From Eledone cirrhosa (lineage: Eukaryota), in NCBI GenBank assembly GCA_964016885.1, contig OZ024744.1, positions 72,664,001 through 72,728,000 on the forward strand: a DNA stretch of 64,000 nt. The letters run 5' to 3'. Shown here one piece after another: positions 23,929 through 36,943 of this stretch. How positions within the stretch are numbered: the stretch's first letter is position 1; each line of letters begins with the position of its first letter. The notes below the pieces were generated by a model. That model made no database searches. It saw only the letters and a list, made by a program, of their open reading frames with translations, and had not been told where the DNA came from. Position numbers and translations under genes: made by a program.

Positions 23929-26900
23929 GGTCCAATCATAACTCAGTGGCTTATAGTAAGTTCTCTAACAAATCAGTATAGCAAAGCTACCACCTCGGTT
24001 ACTACTGCTTAAGTTTAGACCTGTTTGATGGGTGGACTGCGGAATTTGGAAAGTCTAAGCACTGAATGACAATGTCACAGATAAAGATTAATTCACCTTC
24101 TACTGCAGGATGAGAATACAAGGACCCCTCTTTATTTCAGACACGGATGACCAACATAATTCCATCTCCCACACCCCTCCCTGTCCCTCCAACCCATCCA
24201 TCCCACCCTCCCAACTTCAGAGTTGGTGCCAGATTCATCGTGCGTAAAAAAAGATGCTATAAACTTTTCTGGGTGGAAAATGACAAAGGCCTGGGTGGTG
24301 TAGGAATTATGTTAGCTGAAAAATGGGTAGATAAGGTAATTGATGTAAATAAAGTGAATGACAGAATAATTAAAATAAGACTAGTTCTAAATAGAACTAC
24401 TGTGACAATAAGATCCGCTTACGCACCCCAATCTGATCTACCTGACGTTATAAAGGTTCTATGAGATGCTAATGCACACTACCTCCCAAATAACCGACAG
24501 GAACTACTTAATTATTGCTGGCGATCTAAACAGTCGCGTTGGACAACATAGTGATGGCTATGATGGAATCCATGGTGGCTATGGGGTTGGAAATAGAAAT
24601 GAGGAGGGCTTCAGAATCCAGGAATTCTGTGACGCTAATAACCTAACTATCTGTAACACAAACTTCAAAAAACAAGAAAACCACTTGATCACCTAAAGAT
24701 CAGGGGTACACGCCAGCCAGATAGATTATATCCTTACTAGCAGACGGGACAAAGTGTCTGTTGTAAACATCCCTCCCCCATGAAGAATGCACCTCCCAAC
24801 ATAGCCTAGTAGTTAGTGACCTCATAGTCAGGAATAGACATACTTGACGACAGAGGAGGCCTACCTTGAGGAGAAGAATATGGAAGTTGAAGGACCCCAT
24901 AGCCAGTGACAAATTTAAAAGCTTATTACTTGATGCCTTTGACAATAAGGAAGAGCAATTAAAGACGTGCAGTATAGAGGAACAGTGGCAAATCTTGAAA
25001 GTGAACCTGCTGAAAGCAACGGATGAAATCTGTGGCTGGAGCAGACCTATTGGCAGGAGGAGAGTAACTTGGTGGTGGAACAGTAAGGTGGAGGAGACAA
25101 TCAAGGCCAAAAAGCAGGCTTGGAAAGTATGGCAGGATGGGGGAAGTAGAGAGAACAATCAAGTGGCCAGAGAGAAGCTAGGAGACAAGTGTACCTTGCA
25201 AAAAGGGAAGCAGAGGATAGAAAGTTCAAGCATGTTTTACAACGTGAAGTGTTCAGGATTGCTAGACAATGTGTCAAGGAAAACCGTGATATTGATGAGG
25301 AGAAGTGTGTCCGTAATGATAACGGTGTACTTGCCCTCACTGATACTGATAAGAAGATAGCCTGGAAATGTCACTACGAGAGACTATTAAATGAGGAGAA
25401 TAAATGGGAAAAAGATAGTCTGCCCCAAATCGATCCAATAGAAGGACCAGCGGCGCAAGTTAAAGGTAGTATAATAAGTAAGGCAATCAAAGATATGAAG
25501 ACAGGCAAAGCAGCTGGGCCTTCGGAGTTAGTTGCTGAGATGTTGAAGGCATCTGGATGTTGAAGGCATCTGGAATAGAAGGACATACTATGGTCATCCG
25601 TATAGTTAACCAAGTAATACAGAATGGGGTCATACCAAAAGACTGGCATAACAGCCTCATCATTGACTGCTACAAGAGTAAAGGGGATGCCCTAGATAGG
25701 GGAAACTATAGAGGCATTAAATTATTTGACCAGGTCATGAAGGTCACAGAAAAAGTTATAGTGCAACTAATCAGAGAGCGAATTGATCTAGATGAAATGC
25801 AGTTTGGGTTTGTGTCGGGTAAAAGTACCATAGACGCTCTTTTCCTTGTACGACAACTACAGGAGAAGTTCCTAGCTAAAAGTAAACCCCTCTACTTAGC
25901 TTTTGTAGACCTGGAGAAAGCCTTTGACAGAGTCCCCCCGCTCCATTATCTGGTGGGCTCTTAGAAAACTAGGTGTAGATGAATGGCTTGTGAGAGCTAT
26001 ACAAACTATGTATAAAGAAACAGTCAGTAAGGTTAGAATTAACAATGAATATTGTGAAGAATTTAGTGTAAAAGTTGGTGCTCATCAGGGCTCTGTCCTT
26101 AGCCCCCTCCTATTTATTATTGCCCTTCAGGCTATAACAGAGGAGTTCAAGACCGGCTGCCCATGGGAACTCCTATACGCAGATGATCTAATGCTCATAG
26201 CTGAATCAATGGCTGAACTAGAGAAGAAATTCCAAACATGGAAGCATGTCCTAGAATCAAAAGGCCTTAAAGTTAACTTGTCTAAGACTAAAGTTCTAGT
26301 TTGTAGAAAGGAAAATAGGGCACAGGTGCCCTCAGGGAAATGGCCATGCTCAGTGTGTAGGAAAGGAGTAGGCACAAATTCCATTTTATGTCCCAAATGC
26401 AAAGTATGGATACATAAAAGATGTAGTGGGATCACAGGTAAACTATCAAAATCAGCAGTGGTGGAGGGTGTCCTGAAAGTGCAGTAGCCAGAGTCGGAAC
26501 GGGATGGAAAAAGTTCAGAGAGCTTATACCGCTGTTGGCCACAAAAGGTTTCTCTCTAAAAATGAAAGGCAGATTGTATGATGCCTGTATACGAACAGCG
26601 ATGCTACATGGCAGTGAGACGTGGGCATTACGTGCAGAGGACCTGCGCAGACTGGAAAGGAACAAAGCATGCATGCTCCGTTGGATGTGTAATAGTAATA
26701 TACGTGAACGGCACAGCATAAATAAACTAAGTGAGAAATTAGGAATAAGAGGGATCAGATGCTGTTTACTTGAGAGAAGACTACATTGGTATGGCCACAT
26801 GATGCGCATGAAAGACGACTGCTGTATAAAAAAGTGCAGGGCGATCAAAATTGATGGTAGTTACGAAGTAGGTAGACCCAGAAAAACCTGGGACGATCTG

Positions 26901-27410
26901 ATAAATTCCGACCTTACACACTTGCATATCTCTAAGACAATGTCACTGGACCGAGATCTTTGGCGCTACGCAGTAATACAGAAGACCCGCCTTGCCTATG
27001 TACAAAGCAAAACCTACAGTCAGTAGGCACCTCTTAACCAAATATACACCCCAATCCACTACCTACCCTATCCTCCCACTCCCACCAACACCACCCTCTC
27101 TCTGTAAAGTTGGTACCACAACATCCAGTCCAAATAAATGAGATCAAGATCATGTATGTGTCATGACAAAAACACACAGTCCACGCTGTAATGTGGCTGT
27201 GTAGGTAACATGGTAAAAAGTTCCCAGTTCCACACTGTAAATGTGGTTGGTGTTAGGAAGGGCCTCCAGCCGTAGAAAACCTGCCAGATAGTCCTATATG
27301 AGCAAGACACAGTCACCCGACCAACCTTGCCTCAAGTGGGACAACTTCCGTCTAACCCATGCTAGCGTGGAAGATGGACGTTAAACGAAGATGATGATGA
27401 TGATGACGAC
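23929..27410 (+). mobile_element. Near full-length but decayed RTE LINE family B (APE endonuclease plus RT)
   Basis: GVGIML, AYAPQ, GDLNSRVG, RNEEG, QIDYIL, QHSLVV endonuclease motifs and full RT motifs in several frames. Has a 17-bp duplication at about 25541-25574, a deletion near 26450 and a (GAT)n tail. Confidence 0.95.
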
Positions 27411-27586
27411 ATCTATCATAATCATCATCATCATTGTTTTTACATTCATTTTTCCTTGGTGGCATGGCCTGGATGGGATGTTTTGAGACAATATTTTACA
27501 GTCAGATGCTTTTCCTGATGCCAACTCTTTTAGTCACTTCATACAACATGAAGGGATACGGTGTACCTATTCTAAAAACTGGGGTA

Positions 27587-27622
<36 letters not shown>

Positions 27623-27741
27623 AAGAATTTGTAGTTTACTTGAAGCATTGTGTATGGTATACAATATTTGAAGTTTGAAAGCCACAACAATACAAGATGG
27701 ATGGAAAAACAAATGTGTTTTTACCTTAATTTATTTATATG

Positions 27742-27779
27742 TCCTGATATTTCAAGATTAAAATCTCTTCTTCCGAGGA
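27742..27779 (-). ncRNA. Minimal hammerhead motif with one core substitution (U4>G)
   Basis: Minus strand: tcct-CGGAAGA-a-gagat-ttta-atctt-GAAA-TA-TC-agga. Confidence 0.55.
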
Positions 27780-28060
27780 AAATAAAACGGACTAATCCAG
27801 TGTCTGATTTGGTGCACTATACCATGCTAGTGGAACTGAGTTGTTTCTCTTTAAATCTGCATAGACACATATATAGTAATACGCGATGACCCACATGTGC
27901 ATGCATACACGTGTGTGTGTAAGCACACATGCATGGATATAATTGTGTAAACACATGGATATAATTGTGTAAACACATGAATGCATAGATGAATAATATG
28001 CTCGTATGTGGGGCCTATGTGTACCCCTATGTGTAGTCTAGTGGCCCTCAAAATTAGATG

Positions 28061-29143
28061 TTGTGTGCCTAGTTCTATGTTAGGTATTGTGTGCCTAGTT
28101 TTATGTTAGGTATTGTGTGCCTAGTTCTATGTTAGGTATTGTGTGCCTAGTTCTATGTTAGGTATTGTGTGCCTAGGTCTATGTTAGGTATTGTGTGCCT
28201 AGTTCTATGTTAGGTATTGTGTGCCTAGTTCTATGTTAGGTATTGTGTGCCTAGTTCTATGTTAGGTATTGTATGCCTAGGTCTATGTTAGGTATTGTGT
28301 GCCTAGTTCTATGTTAGGTATTGTGTGCCTAGTTCTATGTTAGGTATTGTGTGCCTAGTTCTATGTTAGGTATTGTGTGCCTAGTTCTATGTTAGGTATT
28401 GTGTGCCTAGTTTTATGTTAGGTATTGTGTGCCTAGTTTTATGTTAGGTATTGTGTGCCTAGTTCTATGTTAGGTATTGTGTGCCTAGGTCTATGTTAGG
28501 TATTGTGTGCCTAGTTCTATGTTAGGTATTGTGTGCCTAGTTCTATGTTAGGTATTGCGTGCCTAGTTCTATGTTAGGTATTGCGTGCCTAGTTCTATGT
28601 TAGGTATTGCGTGCCTAGTTCTATGTTAGGTATTGTGTGCCTAGGTCTATGTTAGGTATTGTGTGCCTAGGTCTATGTTAGGTATTGTGTGCCTAGTTCT
28701 ATGTTAGGTATTGTGTGCCTAGTTCTATGTTAGGTATTGTGTGCCTAGGTCTATGTTAGGTATTGTGTGCCTAGTTCTATGTTAGGTATTGTGTGCCTAG
28801 TTCTATGTTAGGTATTGTGTGCCTAGTTCTATGTTAGGTATTGCGTGCCTAGGTCTATGTTAGGTATTGCGTGCCTAGGTCTATGTTAGGTATTGTGTGC
28901 CTAGGTCTATGTTAGGTATTGTGTGCCTAGGTCTATGTTAGGTATTGTGTGCCTAGGTCTATGTTAGGTATTGTGTGCCTAGGTCTATGTTAGGTATTGC
29001 GTGCCTAGTTCTATGTTAGGTATTGCGTGCCTAGGTCTATGTTAGGTATTGTGTGCCTAGGTCTATGTTAGGTATTGTGTGCCTAGGTCTATGTTAGGTA
29101 TTGTGTGCCTAGTTCTATGTTAGGTATTGTGTGCCTAGTTCTA
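28061..29143. repeat. 26-bp minisatellite, ~41 copies
   Basis: Unit ttgtgtgcctagttctatgttaggta, with two recurrent variants (gtt/ggt and tgtg/tgcg). Confidence 0.97.
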
Positions 29144-30771
29144 GTCTATTATTGATTTGTAGGTGTGTTGTGTCTATCATTAACGCTTCCTTAATTCTAA
29201 GATTGCCATAGATTCCTTTCTCTTGTTTCAACATTAACTGTTATTTTTAAAGCTTCCATAGTTTCCATCTAGTAAATTTTCAGTTATAAGGCATTGGTCA
29301 ACTTGAGGCTATAGTAGAAGAAAGATACTTGCTTAATAGTTGCCAAACAAACTCCTTAACCACACTGTCATACCTCTGCCTATCATCATCATCATCATCA
29401 TCACTGGGAGCCTTTTTTACCATGTCTCCTATATATATATCCTGTGTGTGTGCATTCATTCATGCATGCATGTATGCATGTAGTTCAAGATAAAAAAAAA
29501 AGACAAAGGAAACATTGTTTCCTTTGTCTGATTTGATGAGTTCCACCCAACCCGGTAAGCGAATGAAGTCTGGGATCTTGTTGATCAATTTGTTCGATTG
29601 TGCCCTCACAGGTTGAATGCTTAATAATTTATTTAAATTATCTGAATTTGCAAAGAAGCAATTGAACCCTGTTAACAGCATAAAATAGTAATGAGTGATG
29701 GTAATTCTTTCATTGTCATATTTTTTATAAAATATGCTCTACTTCAACTAATTAATGAAGTGTGATTAATTTACTGAAATTATTATTTCATTACTATGAC
29801 TAGCAGAAAAACCACCCTTTGTGTGATTTTACTCCTAGCATGTGTAGTGTGCATATTGATATTAGACGCAGATATATATGCATGTAGATATGATACGTCA
29901 AATAAAATCGTAATTGAGAATATACACAGAAATTGAAGAGAGACTGTGTTACACTGTCTTCTGTAATCAGTAAAGTAATCCATGATATATTTAAAAAAGA
30001 CAATATTATATATAAACTGCATTACGGTGAAATGTAATGAAAACGGAGAAAATTAGCAACGGAAATATAAACGTTATGATATAACGATGCAAATATTTGA
30101 ACGTTTATATAAGCAATATAATATAGCATCCGTTATATGATAACCAGAAGTATTGACATTTGAAAATTTTAAAAGAAGTGAATCTTAAAATAAGTAATCA
30201 TTATATTTAAGAATATTTATGTTTAATCAACAGCTGCAAAATTTTGTACATAAATTATTTATTTAAAGTAATCCAACTTATTTCACTAACGGGATAAAAA
30301 AATATATTCAGGACACAGTCCCACACTCCTCCCTTTATTATATTAACTTCACATATGATTCTTATATAAAATTGTTTTATATAAATTTAAATAGGAACCT
30401 TTAAAATGGGTAACTTCATTTCTTAAAGCTAAAGCCAATTTTGGCTGGATTTGTATTAAAAGGGTTAAAGTAGGCATAGGCAATTCTTTTCCAGCAGTGA
30501 GCCACATAGGATGTGACTCATCATAAGGTAGTCTGCACTACTAAAAATTTCAAGGCAATTTTGAAAGCCAAATAAACCACGTGACTCGTGGGTTGCAATT
30601 TGCTCATTATTCGGTTAAAGGAAATCACAAATGGATGGTCAGCGTGCAATTTTTTTTCTTTCATAATTTTTCTCTCTTTCTATCATCTTTCTTTGGAATA
30701 TAACTAAACAAAGTTTTTTGCATAAAATTATAATAGAAGGCTTTTAGATAAATGTAAATGCTTTAACATAA

Positions 30772-31145
30772 ACAGTGGCCAAAATGGGGTTCCTCTGCAG
30801 AATCTTTGGAGTAATGATACTGGATGCAGTGCGTAACTTGGAGATCAAGAAGTCCCTCCTGATTGAGCTGCTTCTTCACCGAATTGAGAGATCACAGCTC
30901 CGATACTATGGGCATGTGGTTAGAATGTCTCAGGAAAGAGTCACTGGACAGATTTTATGCACAAAACCAATTATCAAGAGACCCAGCAATAGACAAGATG
31001 GTCGAATAACATCCATGAGTTCGGTTGGTCTCATTTGAGGATCCAGCCAGATCAATTGAAGACGTTTGCTTCTGACAGAACCTGCTGGAAGGAGTGTTTA
31101 AGGACTCTACCCCTACAATCCTCCCAGGAATAAGTGGGTGAAGAA
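30772..31145 (+). mobile_element. Old RTE-type LINE 3' fragment. Second copy at about 55530-55825
   Basis: MGFLCRIFGV...IERSQLRYYGHVVRMSQER. Shares 'ggatccag.cagatcaattgaagacgtttgcttctgacag' with 55718-55756. Confidence 0.75.
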
Positions 31146-31504
31146 GCAGCTTTGTAGCATAGACCCAGGGTTGATTTCAAGTGTTTTTAACAAACAAAAC
31201 AAAAAATAAAACTGAGCAAACAAGGAATCCTCTCTTATAATAGTTAAATATTTAAAGCCAAATTCCTTGAAATCACACAACTTTCTTAAAAGGAAGTAAG
31301 GACATTTTTGCCAATATAGTCCTAGATATATAAAATGACAGGGTGGTCACATGTCTAACTCTGTTGGGTTAATCTATTGATAAACAACAAAATGTGTGTG
31401 TGTATAATAAGCCAATATGGGAGCTTCTATATAGTTGCTCAATCTGCTAGACATAGCAGACAATCTCACTTAAATTAAACTCTATTATCTTAAAAAAGGT
31501 TGGT

Positions 31505-31689
31505 CATGTCAAACTGAGTGTCCCTCAACATATGTGTTGTCTGAGGGCCACATATGACAACTAATTGAGCACATTATAACTAATTTTACGAAAACAAAAC
31601 ATGCTCGCGCTATAAAAACCTTAGTGTGGGCTGCAGGTTTGCTTGTAAAGGGCTGCATGTAGCCCGCGGGTCGCATGTTTGACATGCTG
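31505..31689. mobile_element. hAT-like MITE
   Basis: TIR catgtcaaac...gtttgacatg with subterminal 'gggctgcatgtagcccgcgggtcgca'. Confidence 0.55.
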
Positions 31690-33013
31690 TATAGTATATG
31701 TGTTATATTTATAGTCTGTTTTTTATCTACGTACTATAAGTTATTCCTTTATAGATAATTAGGATCAACAGCCACCCATCAAACAGAAATATAAAATCAA
31801 TTCTTTTGAGCGTTTTTGACTCTTTTCTCAATCTTTGTACCAAATTGTCTCTCAGAGCATACATGGGGTCCCTTGCCTTTCCTCAGGATTAATCAGGTGA
31901 GAGAAGCCCCTTAATATATGCATGTATCACACAAAATTACTTGAACCAGTGCTGGTTAGGATTATCATCATCTCATCTTAAACATCAATCACTTCCCTCC
32001 AACTGAGGTTAGCTGAGACTTTGTGTACTAACTGTTAGTGAATGATTCCGCTTTTGTATTAGTTGGTGTCACGATGAAATGCACCCATTACATTGTGTAA
32101 TTGGCTACGCTAGTGTCATGATGAAATGCACTCAGTACATCCTGTAAATTGGACAATTTATTTATGATAAAAACAGTATAAACATGGTATTATTTACTGG
32201 CAGTATCGGCAGAGGGTCGGACGCTATGCTTTGATGCACAGAGTTACGGCCCTTGCCATTCTGAGATAGAATCTCACTGAGGTTAACTTTGCCTTTCATC
32301 CTTACGAGGTAAAAAAAGTAGAAACAATTATTTACAGTAACAACAATAATAATAATTGTTTCTACTTTTTGGCACAAGGCCAGCAATTATCCCAGTGTAT
32401 TACTGGTACTTTATTTTATCGACCTCGTAAGGATGGAAGGCAAAGTTAACCTCGGCGGGATTTGAACTCAGATCATAAAGGGACGTAACTATGCTGGAAA
32501 GCATGGTGTCCGAGTCTCTACCGATGACAACTATAATGATGGCTATAATAAAAAAAAAGGGAAACAAAAAGAAAGAAATAGGGAAATATAGAGGAACAAG
32601 ATCAGAGCGTCGGCGGTCCGTCTGAGGAGGGAGCAAGCCCTACGTCGTTAGGTGGCGGTTGCAGTGGGTGAACTGCCATCCCCCGCGGGAATGCTTTTGC
32701 CGTCTTGTCCGCGGGGCGCAGCACTTCTGCCCTCTTACCTTAGGCCCAAAGCCCAATCACCCGCCTCTCTTCTTTGACACCAGAGCCCTCGCTTTCCCCT
32801 CCCCTTCCCGTTCTTTTTCCTCTTTCTTCTTTTTCCTTTTTCTCTATATTTCCCTATTCTTTCTTTTCTGTAAGTTAGTTGGTGTCAAGAGGGACACCCA
32901 ACTTTAGAAATCATGCAAAAAATGAAACATTTAAGCAAGATGTGGTCCCTCTTACTCTATCTAGTTTTAGAGCCTGAGGGTGGACGTAAACTGATGACAC
33001 ACATGTGTGTGTC

Positions 33014-33077
<64 letters not shown>

Positions 33078-33080
<3 letters not shown>

Positions 33081-33722
33081 TCATCATCACCATCATCATC
33101 ACCGTTACGTCTGTTCTTCCACACTAGCATGGGTTAGACGGGTTGTCCTGTTGTGGGCAGTGTCTGGTCGGTTTACCTTGTCTTGCTCATACAGGAACTG
33201 ATTCTGGCTTGATTTCTACAGCTGGATGCCCTTCCTAACACCAACCTTATTTACAGTGAGTGTTGGGTGCTTTTTTTCCGTGGCGTCTACACGTTCACTT
33301 TACAGTGTGGGCTGGGTGCTTTTTTGCCGTGGCACATCCACGACCACTTTGCAGTGGGAGGGTGTGGCGGCATATTGTCTATATGCTTCAGCTTCGGCTT
33401 GTACCCGTGGGGGCTCGGGTACTCTGTATTACTGCGTGACGCCAGAAGTCACGGTCGTGTGTCATCGCCTTTGAGAGGTGTAATTGGGTAAGGTCGGCTT
33501 TTATCACCTCATCCCAGGTCTTCTTGGGTCTCCCCACTCCGCGGTTTCCATTGACTTCTAGTGCTCTGCACCTTTTTATGCAGCTGTCATCCTTCATACA
33601 CATCACATGTCCATACCAACACAACCGCCTCTCCTGCACATAGCATTTGATTCCTCTTATGCTCAGTCTCTCAATTCATTTATGCTTTGCCATTCGCGTA
33701 TATTACTATTATCCATCGGAGC
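33078..33722 (-). mobile_element. RTE family A 3' fragment
   Basis: QERRLCWYGHV...GRPKKTW, 3'UTR and (GAT)n tail. Confidence 0.9.
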
Positions 33723-33766
33723 ATATATATATATAGATGTACATATATATATATATACTGTGTATA

Positions 33767-34886
33767 TCATCATCATCACTGTTTTACGTCCGTTCTTCCA
33801 CTCTAGCATGGGTTAGACGGGGTGTCCGGTCAGTTTACCTTGTCTTGCTCATAAAGGTACTGATTCTGGCTTAATTTCTACAGCTGGATGCCCTTCCTAA
33901 CACCAACCTTATTTACAGTGAGTGCTGGGTGTTTTTTTTCTGTGGCGCCTACATGTCCACATTACTGTGTGGGTTGGGTGCTTTTTTGTCGTGGCACATC
34001 CACGACCACTTTGCAGTGGGAGGTTGTAGGGGCATATTGTCTATATGCTTCAGCTTCGGCTTGTACCCACGGGAGGTTGGGTACTCTGTATTACTGCGTG
34101 ACGCCAGGTGTAATTGGGTAAGGTCGGCTTTTATCACCTCATCCCAGGTTTTCCTGGGTCTCCCCACTTCTCGGTTTCCATCGACTTCTAGTGTTCTGCA
34201 CATTTTTATGCAGCTGTCATCCTTCATATGCATCACATGTCCATATCAACGCAACTGCCTCTCCTGCACACAGCATTTGATTCCTCTTATGCTCAATCTC
34301 TCTCTCAATTCATTTATGCTTTGCCGTTCGCGTTTATTACTATTACACATCCATCTGAGCATGCAGGCTTCGTTTCTTTCTAATCTACGTAAGTCTTCCA
34401 CCTTCAGCGCCCAGGTCTCACTACCATGTAACATTGCTGTTCGTATACACGTATCATACAATCTGCCTTTCATTTTGAGGGAGAAGCCTTTTGCAGCTAG
34501 CAGTGGTAGTAATTCCCTAAACTTCTTCCATCCCGTTCTTACCCTAGTTATTGTACTTTCTGAACACCCACCTCCGCTGCTAATTCGGTCACCTAGGTAG
34601 CAGAAGCTGTCTACAGTTTCTACAGAGCCCTCCCAGAGATTGGTGGTACTTGTTTCCTGTGGCTGTTTACTGCTTGCTGTCCCAGCACAGCTGCTGCATG
34701 TGAAGCCTACATTCTTAATTAACCTTCCTGAGAACCCGCTACATATCTTGAGTACCCATTGTTTGCATTTGGGGCAGAGAATGGAGTTCCTACCTACACC
34801 TTTCCTACATTCTGAGCAAGGCCATTTCCCTGAGGGGATCTGGGTTCTGTTTTCTCGTCTACTTACAAAGACCTTAGTCTTTGTCA
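33767..34886 (-). mobile_element. RTE family A 3' fragment including the C4HC3 insert (His ligand mutated)
   Basis: ORF 34246-34899: KTKV...WPCSECRKG...CPKCKQWVLKIC...FCYLG. Confidence 0.92.
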
Positions 34887-36150
34887 GAACATTATTCATA
34901 CCTGTGCAACCATTTGATTGGCAAATTTCTAGAAGCTTTTATTTGTTTAGTATAACTATTTATCAAACAAAAACTACTTAACTATTTTCCTAGTGTAGCT
35001 TCAATTTAAAATATGCTCACAGTCAGCTATGATTCTTTAAAAATGTAGATATTGAGAACCAGGCACTGCTGGCTTCATGCATAGGAGAGGAAGATAGCCA
35101 AATACTAAGATTTGACCAATCACTTCCTTTTCATACGATTGAGACCCTTGGTGTCTTCCCTCCTCAAACTGCCATTTCCTCCATAAAATGAGAGGAGTGC
35201 ATCCTAGCTAAAGAAGGAGGTGGAATGGCTGATGCATCATGTATTTCTAGCTATTCTCCGTGACAATGTCATCACCATTTTGTCTGCAAAGTGCAGCTGA
35301 AATATACTCTCTCCCATCCCCTTACTCTCACTATTAAATTTTTGTTCTTTCTCTTGCATTTTTTTTTCTGGCAAACATACATCATAATTTAATAGAAATT
35401 TGTTAAATAATTGTTTCTACGTTAGGCACAAGGCTAGCAATTATCCAGTGCATTACTGGTACTTTATTTTATCGACCCCGTAAGGATGAAAGGCAAAGTC
35501 AACCTCGGCGGGATTTGAACTCAGAGAAATTTGTTAAATAATGTGTGTGTGTGTGTTTATTTGATTATATAGAACCAATGAGAAATCAACATAACATGAA
35601 CTTAGCTATTCCTCACTTCAGTTAACATAGGTTATGTCTTTTATCGAACCTCAGATATTTTACAAGATGGTGAATTGGCAGGGTCATTTGAACAACAGAT
35701 AGAATGCTTTGTGTTCTTCTTTCTGGGTTGCTACACTCTCAATTCAAATCCTGCTAAAGTCAACCCTACCTTGCACCCTTTCGAGGTCAATAAAAACAGT
35801 ACTGGGGCGATTCTTCCTGTATATTTCTTTCTAACTTCCTCTCTCTCTTTCTCTGAAAGATATCGGCTATGTTCAGACCTGAAGAGGGGATGGACTCCAC
35901 CAGGTTTAAAATGCCCCAAACAAGTCATATGTCCATTCGACGCCCCTATGAGATATTTTACAGACAGAATTAATAAGATAAATATGAAACTAATAATGAT
36001 TTTTGACACACAGTGTTTCCACAATGTTGTAAACTCTGATGTAGCAGACCTATTGTCAAAGGTGTTCTTGCTATGACCATCCATCCATTTTTCTTCAGGT
36101 ATTGTGTACTAGCCAAAGATAGAATAGCATTATTTGAGAGACAGCTTCTA

Positions 36151-36250
36151 CGGGGTGTCCCAAAAAATGTATACACACTTTGGTTACCTGTACAGGTAAT
36201 ATTTATTAGAAGGCTGTTGAAGTGTGTATACATTTTTGGGGGACACCCTG
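36151..36250. mobile_element. 100-bp Tc1/mariner-type MITE
   Basis: TA|cggggtgtcccaaaaaatgtatacacact ... agtgtgtatacatttttgggggacaccctg|TA, giving ~29-bp TIRs and a TA TSD. Confidence 0.85.
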
Positions 36251-36901
36251 TATTTCTATTAGACCGAGAACTGCATAACCCCACTCATCCACTTACTGGC
36301 TTCAAAGTATGATAGAGTTGTAACAAATAAACCATCGCTTGTTTCCTTGGATTCTACTGTTTCACAGCCATACCAGGATCTATTTTCATTTGAAAACAAG
36401 CAATATTGAAGCCATGCAAAACACCACATTTCATTACATGACAATATATTTTCCATCAGTGATCGTTTGGGTAAAACATTTTCATCTAAAACCAAAGTAA
36501 TTGTGAAGGCCGAAATATAATTATTCAGTTTCGATATCAAATTCTTTTGAGGGCAAATTTGTATTTTACTCCTCCAGAGTAAATAAATTATTTACTTAAA
36601 TTCAATCATTATACCCTAGAAAATATAACTTTTATAGCGTATAAGAAAACCCACATTTCAAACAAAACTATAACTCCAAGAAACAGCTTTCCACATCCAG
36701 ATCAGGAGCAGCAGCTATATATATATATAACTATGTTTGGTAAAGAGAGATGTACGTGTTAACCTCACACGGATATTGACAACGGATAGCAACTTGTTGT
36801 CGCGGCTCTTGTTTATTCTTTTGTTTTTCTGGCTAGAAGAAAACAAGGAATTCGAGAATCGGACGAGGAGTCAAACCATTATAGTAAACATTTCATGATT
36901 A

Positions 36902-36903
<2 letters not shown>

Positions 36904-36943
<40 letters not shown>

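Noticed and set aside
28061-29143. CRISPR-like array (also considered for 63327-64000 and 6881-7082)
   Set aside because: Units are head-to-tail with no unique spacers, there are no cas genes, and the context is eukaryotic.
32622-32646. CTGAGGA followed by a ggg/ccc stem as a hammerhead
   Set aside because: No GAAA box follows stem II.
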